Source: Methanotrichaceae archaeon (GTDB taxonomy: Archaea; Halobacteriota; Methanosarcinia; Methanotrichales; Methanotrichaceae). Taken from it: a stretch of 58,347 bases of DNA. The translations under genes were made by a program, and so were the position numbers. The stretch lies in NCBI GenBank assembly GCA_963754945.1, contig CAVWIG010000027.1:1-58347 (forward strand), written 5' to 3'. The first letter of the stretch is position 1. Each line of letters starts with the position of its first letter. Shown in pieces: positions 52,801 to 58,347 of the stretch. Below the pieces are notes generated by a model. That model saw only the letters and a list, made by a program, of their open reading frames with translations, was not told the origin of the DNA and made no database searches.

Positions 52801-53474
52801 GGATGCCCGGAGCTGTTGTCTGACCAGGCAACGGTATTGCCATTGATGGATGGGAAAGACTGGTCTGTCGGGCTAGCTGATAATGGCGTCTCTGTGCCGC
52901 TGGAAGCATCGTACATGTAGATGTTCCAGCGTCCTGATCGCTGGTCCATCCAGACGATTTTATCTCCGCTTATCCTTGGTCCTAGCTGATCCTTTAGCCC
53001 TGAGGAGACGCGCGTCTCCTTCTTGGTCGCCAGATCGTACATGTAGATGTTAGAATTACCATTCCGGTCATCCGCCCAGACCACCCGGTCACCGCTAATA
53101 GATGGCTGGGTTTTGTTGCCCTTCCCGTTGGCAACTATGCTCTCCGTTCTGCTAACCGCATCATACATGTAAATGTCAGCCTTACCTGAACGCATGTCCT
53201 GCCAGACTATGCGCTCTCCGGAGACCGAAGGATGCACCTGAATGAAGGGATTAACGCAGACCCATCTCTCTAGGCCGGTCTCTAGATCGTACATGAATAT
53301 GTCGTAGTTGCCGCTGCGGTTGTCGGCCCAGGTCACGATGTGGCCGTCGATCGCTGGCTGCTCCTGGGCGGACCCGGCGACTATGGCTACAGGCCGCTCC
53401 TTCCCCCAATCAGCCCCGCTGGCTGCCCCTGCAAAAAGCATGGCCGCCATCAATATCAGAATTAGCCTTGACAT
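49812..53474 (-). CDS. large secreted methanogen-type beta-propeller repeat (TolB-like) surface protein
   Basis: Signal peptide; >25 repeats of Q..P.ISG..VVW.D.R.G..DIY.YDL.T..E. Confidence 0.9.
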   Translation of the reverse strand: MSRLILILMAAMLFAGAASGADWGKERPVAIVAGSAQEQPAIDGHIVTWADNRSGNYDIFMYDLETGLERWVCVNPFIQVHPSVSGERIVWQDMRSGKADIYMYDAVSRTESIVANGKGNKTQPSISGDRVVWADDRNGNSNIYMYDLATKKETRVSSGLKDQLGPRISGDKIVWMDQRSGRWNIYMYDASSGTETPLSASPTDQSFPSINGNTVAWSDNSSGHPNIAIYDLSTKSLNHLTKPGAQTAPAIYGDYVAYENNGTEVWLYDIKTKKDFQLVQGSIKMEPAIGERGVVWTDFRRGPKDPDIYMYDFKILSDAQITSGPYNHTNPSISEDNIVWTDNRNGHYNVYLYNTTTLKEKNITNDKIDHSSPDVSGNRVIYTDKRNGNLDIFLYDLTTGKEKQISKDKSDHRYSMIDGNHVVWLDARTGDDQVYLYDINKSSERQITSQKGGKLSPVIGGNIIVWADKRSGQWQIYGFNLTSNIESPISPVHANQIEPWIYKDTIVWADGRNVDRNDKNARNWDIYSYNMTTKKEIAVVTDAANQGYPCVYGNYVAWLDERGGDPDIYLYDLVKAKEVPVATRPLIQAPNDGKGDPFKTKPTSSSKILSKDKVVWMDSSQGYPQIMMRYIIADPLLLLQQDFPSTNGSLMVWSDNRRGIWNIYGFDFFNRSEIPISRSDADQLYPKASGGRVVWSDYRSGHAEVYMKDLATGKESALSSSKGDQLWPSISGNRVVWMDNSSGKWQVSLYTLNQNSSKPLKEGSGQQMYPVISGNLVVWQDNRNGDWDIYAYDLKNSSETKLTGPGDQVYPDVSGNIIAWEDRKTGDISYYMWDKKWGRTYPRPGVQTSPVVSGKYIAYVDNSAQGSSIRKLDTSTWKDTLVADGPGQVKPSMDKKLVWLDYLTGKPRYQPLDSGQISIICKAPGDKSHPSVGGNDLVGYYATWMDNRSGQPEVYVYSLGQEIELPLAAGPYDNMYPAISGTVIAWMAQTPDKADPSKKSWAIRTFDTSNDNRSELVSALNSPSAPSISDTYLTWADTFADFGWSVYKKLLFGMETREVIPPAGVNPRAGKNKVVFQEKDKTSGNWNVFMWNGQEKTQLTQGSGDHINPATDGSTVVWQDNRNGNWDIYAYDLNTSKEMRITKGPAAHTNPDVENGVIVWQDKRNGNWDIYAYDLNTNKEKVICKAPGDQTEPRIGAGKIVWTDSRSGNKDIYIYENYVS

Positions 53475-53788
53475 CCTACCTCTATCTGATCAAGCATTCC
53501 TTATTATGCAAACTATTATCCATCGAGCAGATTTTGCGACCCAGTATAAGGAGTTTTCTCGACATTTGACGTGATTTGCATTTATGAGATATTATTTTGT
53601 TGATTAAGACGAGACGATTGGGACATGACCACAGGATATCACTTATGAATCGTGGTTAAACTAGGCCAGGGAATGCCAAGCATACCAACCGGACTAAACC
53701 TGATTTAGCATTATTCTCGCCAATTAACAATGCCTATATAGCCCTTGTGTCAACCCTTACTATACCGATACCTGGAGGGAAACGCGAG

Positions 53789-55009
53789 TTGAAGGATTAT
53801 CTCGTAATGGATGATATCATACTCGATAATAAAAGGGTCCTGGTGAGGGTTGACTTCAACTCACCGATGGACCCAGCCGGAAACATTCTAGATGATAAGC
53901 GAATAAAGAGTCACCTGGAGACACTGCGGGCCTTAGAGGACTGCCGGGTGGTCCTCATGGCTCACCAGAGCAGAGCGGGCAAGAAGGACTTCACCACTAT
54001 GGAGGCCCATGCGAAACTTGCAACCAAACTCGTCCGCAGAGAGGTGACCTACGTTGATGACATCTTCGGCTCCCATGCGCTCGACATGATCAAATCGCTG
54101 GAGCCGGGAGGGGTTCTCCTCCTGGAGAACACCCGGTTCTACTCCGAAGAGAACATGAACAGATCCCCCGCCGACCACGCGAAGAGCATCATGGTGAGGC
54201 GGTTAGCACCCCTCTTCGACCTGTTCATCAACGATGCTTTTGCCGTCTCCCACAGGTCTCATCTGTCTGTTGTGGGCTTTACAGAATTACTCCCGAGCGT
54301 TGCCGGCATTCTAATGGACAAGGAGATCACGGCCCTCGACAAAGGCCTCAAGGGTCACGAGCATCCGACGGTCTTCGCTTTAGGAGGCACAAAGGCGGAT
54401 GACTCCATCAAGGTCACTCAGAACGTCCTGAGCCGAGGTGGGGCAGACAGAGTTCTGACCTCGGGGGTTGTTGCCACAGTCTTCATGATGGCTTCTGGAC
54501 TGGACGTAGGCGAAGCAAACCGAAAGTTCGTCGAAGACCAGGAGTATCTGGATCTGATACCCATTGCTGCCAAACTTCTGAAAGAGTACCCAGACAAGAT
54601 TGCTCTTCCAAAGGATGTAGCTCTGAACAAGAACGGTGAGAGGGTCGAGGTCAGCGTAAACAAGATTCCGACCGACCTGCCTATAGCCGATATCGGTCTA
54701 GAAACCATTGTCGAGTTCTCCAAGGCGCTAAGAGAGTCCAAGGTTGCTGTACTGAACGGGCCCACCGGCATCTTCGAGAACGAGTCGTTCAAGCTTGGCA
54801 CTACTGAGCTACTCAAGGCTGCCACAGAGTCGGGATACTCGATAGCCGGCGGAGGTCACACTGTAGCTGCTATTGAGAAACTTGGCCTTGAGCCCAAGTT
54901 CTCCCACGTGAGCATCGGCGGTGGAGCCAGCATCACCTACCTGTCGGGCGATCCTCTGCCCGGTATCGAGACACTGAAGAAGGCTGCCGAAAAGTACAGA
55001 AAGACTTAA
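53789..55009 (+). CDS. pgk: phosphoglycerate kinase
   Basis: VRVDFNSP, AHQSR, LLENTRF, NDAFAVSHR, GGGHT, HVSIGGGA; TTG start after GGAGG. Confidence 0.96.
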   Translation: MKDYLVMDDIILDNKRVLVRVDFNSPMDPAGNILDDKRIKSHLETLRALEDCRVVLMAHQSRAGKKDFTTMEAHAKLATKLVRREVTYVDDIFGSHALDMIKSLEPGGVLLLENTRFYSEENMNRSPADHAKSIMVRRLAPLFDLFINDAFAVSHRSHLSVVGFTELLPSVAGILMDKEITALDKGLKGHEHPTVFALGGTKADDSIKVTQNVLSRGGADRVLTSGVVATVFMMASGLDVGEANRKFVEDQEYLDLIPIAAKLLKEYPDKIALPKDVALNKNGERVEVSVNKIPTDLPIADIGLETIVEFSKALRESKVAVLNGPTGIFENESFKLGTTELLKAATESGYSIAGGGHTVAAIEKLGLEPKFSHVSIGGGASITYLSGDPLPGIETLKKAAEKYRKT

Positions 55010-55959
55010 ACTTGTTTTGACTGGAGGATCTCAGCCACCTTTTTCCTGCACTCGGCCAGAAGTTCAGCAGGCTCTCCAGAGGCCTCCATAGCGGCAGCAG
55101 CGCGGTGACCTCCTCCTTCGCCACCATAGGCCTTGGCTACCCGACGCATCACGCCAGCCAGGTCGAGACCCGCTCTGGCAACCTCTCGGCTGGCTCTACC
55201 GCTTACCCGTGAGGAACTGCCATGCTTTCCTGCAGCCAGAGCCACATCGGCCCCGATGTCCACCAGGCCCATGGCAGCCGAGCCCTCGAAGGCATTTATC
55301 TCCGTTGTGACAATCAGCCAGTCGTCCTGACGTACCACCACTACCCTGGACGCAGCCTTCAGAACTGCAATCCTCTGAGATATCTCAGTAGGCATCCTGG
55401 ACAGCACGGCTACAGCTTCATCGTACTCGACTAGACCAGTCTCAAGAAGCTCCGCCGCAGTCCTGAAAGACTGTGGGTTTGCGCGTCTGAACCTCCCTGA
55501 GTCTGAGATCATCCCCACCAGCAGGCCCAAGACCATCTCCCTTGTCGGCACAATCTTGCTATCTCTTATGATGCTCCAAACGATCTCTGCTGTCGAACTG
55601 GTCGGCCTCTGGATATGGAACTCTGCGCTTGCCAGCAGTCCGTCATCCAGGTGGTGATCAACTACTGCATAGCTCTTCAGCTGGACCGCTCCTAGCTGAA
55701 GTCGGACAGAGGCATCGACGACGACCACGAAATCGTAGTTCTCGACCCGAGGGTTCAGTATGATCTCCGCGCTTATGGCCTTGGAGAGGGTGCTGCCAGC
55801 CCTGCTCAAGTCTTCAGCGACACCCAGAGATCCGCCGAAGGCCTGCTGGAGGGCAAAACCGCTTCCTATGGCATCGGGATCGGCATTTCGATGGCACAGG
55901 TATAGAACATTGTTGTATTTGCGGATGCAGGATTTGAACTCTGAGTCGCGAATCTCCAT
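55006..55959 (-). CDS. DHH/DHHA1 phosphoesterase
   Basis: HRNADPDAIGS, VVD, DHH, SDSGRF, GGGHRAAA. Confidence 0.92.
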   Translation of the reverse strand: MEIRDSEFKSCIRKYNNVLYLCHRNADPDAIGSGFALQQAFGGSLGVAEDLSRAGSTLSKAISAEIILNPRVENYDFVVVVDASVRLQLGAVQLKSYAVVDHHLDDGLLASAEFHIQRPTSSTAEIVWSIIRDSKIVPTREMVLGLLVGMISDSGRFRRANPQSFRTAAELLETGLVEYDEAVAVLSRMPTEISQRIAVLKAASRVVVVRQDDWLIVTTEINAFEGSAAMGLVDIGADVALAAGKHGSSSRVSGRASREVARAGLDLAGVMRRVAKAYGGEGGGHRAAAAMEASGEPAELLAECRKKVAEILQSKQV

Positions 55960-56523
55960 GCTAAGCGAAATGCCATTGGAGTAGAAATAGATTGGTCTGC
56001 TACCTTTGGGAGACGAGAATGTAACTGTGTTGCACCTCCAGGATGTAAAAAAATGCGTACCAACTGGAAGATTATGGATGAGGGTGGATTGATCTCAACC
56101 TTGAATCCAAGGGTTCTGAAGGCGGAGGAAGAAATCAAGCGAGCCACCCTCACTTTTTGAGGGTGCTAGCGTAGATTTCGACTAGCCGACCCTTGTTCTG
56201 AAGATAGCTCCCCGATCATTTAAAATCATGATGAATTGATGGTAAAGGTGGTAATAATATAGATAATGAGACAATAGATAATAATATTAATTATTCTAAA
56301 TTTGATAACTTGAAGTATGTACAGGATTGAGTATGCGATGTACTGACAGTATGTAAGGATTCCGGTAATATGTAATATGGTTTAAAATTCAGGTAGAATT
56401 TGCAATTTATTGCAGGTTTGGATTAAATGCTACTCACATGATATTGATTTTGAGAAATTCATGGATCTTGAGGAGAGGATCAGGGTACTTGAAGAGGGCA
56501 AACAATGAAAGTAACACAATAGA

Positions 56524-56799
56524 GTGGAAATTATGATGCTTGAATTGCGAACGAAAGAATATCCAAATTTAGTAATGGATGTACTTGGAAAAATGGCAGA
56601 TTCTGAACTTGATCTGATGGAAGAATATGTGAGGACCAGGGACGCAGGCTTCAATGACGAGCAGATCCAGGAATTCATGGGCGAAAAATGGAAACCTTTT
56701 CAGAAGGCAGCAGCCCATTTTGAGGATGAATATCAGGAATTGGTGAAACATGGAAGAGAATTATTAAAGCCAAGTAAAGTCAGGCGAATAAAAAGTTAA
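56524..56799 (+). CDS. hypothetical protein (possibly 5'-damaged)
   Basis: 91-aa ORF in AT-rich island; the upstream ATG at the previous ORF stop is out of frame. Confidence 0.45.
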   Translation: MEIMMLELRTKEYPNLVMDVLGKMADSELDLMEEYVRTRDAGFNDEQIQEFMGEKWKPFQKAAAHFEDEYQELVKHGRELLKPSKVRRIKS

Positions 56800-57465
56800 A
56801 CAAATGCTGGAAGAGTCGTACATATACCCATATTTAGATATTTTGATTTAGCACAGGTCACACTTTGATGAAAATACCGGATATAAAGAAGAGAAAGATG
56901 GCAGAGCGTGCTGATTTTGATGAATGCAGTAAGATAACTGGCTTCTTTAAAAGATTTTGTTTGAATCTCAAAACTAGAAATGTTTTAGATCCACCGGTGG
57001 TTGTCTCATTTATCAAATCTATTTTTTTTAAATCATAACAATGTATGCTTTGGTTGAGTAACACTAGGGAGATCAAAACCGATATCTGGGTGATAGATAT
57101 GCATTGGCCTATTCTGTGGCAAAAGTGCTTCTGACATACTTTCTACCCTCAATCCTCGGGAGTCTGGAGTATAAGGTTTGCGTATTCATATAGTCTCTGT
57201 TTGGGACGGGTTGGCAAAAGACAGATTTTAGCAGCTTTTAACTTCCTAAGGATTTCTTAGAATATGTAATACTCATGACATACTAACATCGAATATCGTG
57301 ATACTAAACTATAGTATTTATAAATTTAAATATAAAAAATATCGAATAAGAAAGTCTGATGATCTGATTTAATATGCTTATGATGTGTATATGAAATGAG
57401 GTCTAATTTAGGGGGAGTAGGAATATTCTTAAATAAGTCATTGGAAAAGGAGGAGATGACTATCT

Positions 57466-57762
57466 ATGGAAACAAGAATATGGATAAGTAAGATCGAATT
57501 TAATGATAATCAAAAAATAAATTTCGATAAAAATGATATCACAGTTTTTGTTGGACCTAATAACGCTGGCAAAAGTGCATCTTTAAAGGAGGCGGCAAAA
57601 CTTCTTCGTACAAAAAAATGAAAAGACAATAGTATTAAAATCCATTACAATTGAGAAAGAAGGAGATGAAGCCGACTTATTTTCATTTATCGATTCACAC
57701 TCAAAGAAAAGGTTTGGTGGTAATCCTGAGCCTAATTATGAAGGTTACCAATTCAATATGTA
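57466..57762 (+). pseudogene. AAA/ABC-type ATPase (OLD/AAA_15-like) N-terminus, frameshifted and IS-disrupted
   Basis: AGGAGG RBS; METRIWISKIEF...ITVFVGPNNAGKS Walker A; stop after A7 run at 57612-18; shifted frame stays open until the IS end. Confidence 0.75.
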
Positions 57763-58347
57763 CTGTACTTTCCAACTTTTTCGTATATTTATAATATCAT
57801 CAGATTAAATTAGAATATAAATTTAATAAAAAAAATAAAAAGTAAGGGTTTTATACTAGGATCAAATTCTCTCTTTTGGGAGTAGAATGATCAAAATAAT
57901 AAAGGTACCATTACAATTAGAGCCGTTCTTGAATGAATTTCAGGATCTTTTTACGAAACCGAGTTATGGATCGTTTCGAGATTTGTGTGGAGCGTTAAGC
58001 GTGTGTGATAAATCCAAGACCGTTTCCAACCTTTGTGATACTATGGCCGAATGTAGGAAAGGAAAAAAAGCACGCTCTTCGTACAATTGGTTCTTTAGCG
58101 ATGCGAATTGGGACGAGGATGAAGTTGCTCAACGCAAAGTGGACCTTTTTATTGAGAAATTATGTTTAAAAGAAAATGATAGAATGTTGTTAATAATTGA
58201 TGACACATACAATGAGAAGGAAGGAACTCAAACGGAAGGTGTAGGAAAATTTTATGATCATAGTAAAGAAACCTACATTTGGGGTAACAATTTTGTTACC
58301 TCTGTTATCCAATCCAAAGGATTATTCATACCACATAAAGCTAAGAT
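57763..58347 (+). mobile_element. IS701-family insertion sequence, left part
   Basis: Putative end CTGTACTTTCCAACT at ~57763 where ATPase coding sequence stops; AT-rich promoter; transposase follows. Confidence 0.7.
57887..58347 (+). CDS. IS701-family DDE transposase (partial; not in ORF track)
   Basis: Hand translation MIKIIKVP...SSYNWFFSDANWD...LLIIDDTYNEKEG...EGVGKFYDHS...IWG. Confidence 0.85.
   Translation, partial: MIKIIKVPLQLEPFLNEFQDLFTKPSYGSFRDLCGALSVCDKSKTVSNLCDTMAECRKGKKARSSYNWFFSDANWDEDEVAQRKVDLFIEKLCLKENDRMLLIIDDTYNEKEGTQTEGVGKFYDHSKETYIWGNNFVTSVIQSKGLFIPHKAK

Noticed and set aside
56145-56165. Perfect hairpin CACCCTCA-CTTTT-TGAGGGTG near the island boundary; possible tRNA or att site
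   Set aside because: No cloverleaf, T-loop or second copy in the window; a lone 8-bp stem is not enough

Overview
58.3-kb window from a methanogenic archaeon; the gene families and style suggest Methanothrix/Methanotrichaceae (inference). From left to right: an IS5 element truncating a HEAT-repeat gene; a small-protein/tandem-wHTH pair; slipin-nfeD; the conserved archaeal S27ae-S24e-dPCK-spt4-rpoE-PIN-aIF2gamma block; PC4; ADH synthase; and a nitrogen island. The island holds modCBA, a PPOX-class F420-binding gene coupled to nifN, nifH-I1-I2-D-K-E-N, amtB-glnK and a second stand-alone divergent nifE. Next come a diverged ~350-bp direct duplication (one copy hit by a complete IS256), nadE, fdhAB (fdhB frameshifted), a canonical C/D-box sRNA, a frameshifted giant surface protein, pdxST, an ~11-kb cluster of secreted/surface proteins, pgk, a DHH phosphoesterase, and an AT-rich decayed island with an AAA ATPase disrupted by an IS701-type element. 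The strongest leads are in the nif region: (i) a four-hairpin nifH leader with three repeated CGCAC loops and an internal anti-loop; (ii) an orphan NifE paralogue that keeps all Cys ligands, has lost the FGG motif and sits behind a copy of nifH upstream blocks; (iii) a putative F420-binding split-barrel gene inside the nif operon. All calls are by eye; no database searches were run.
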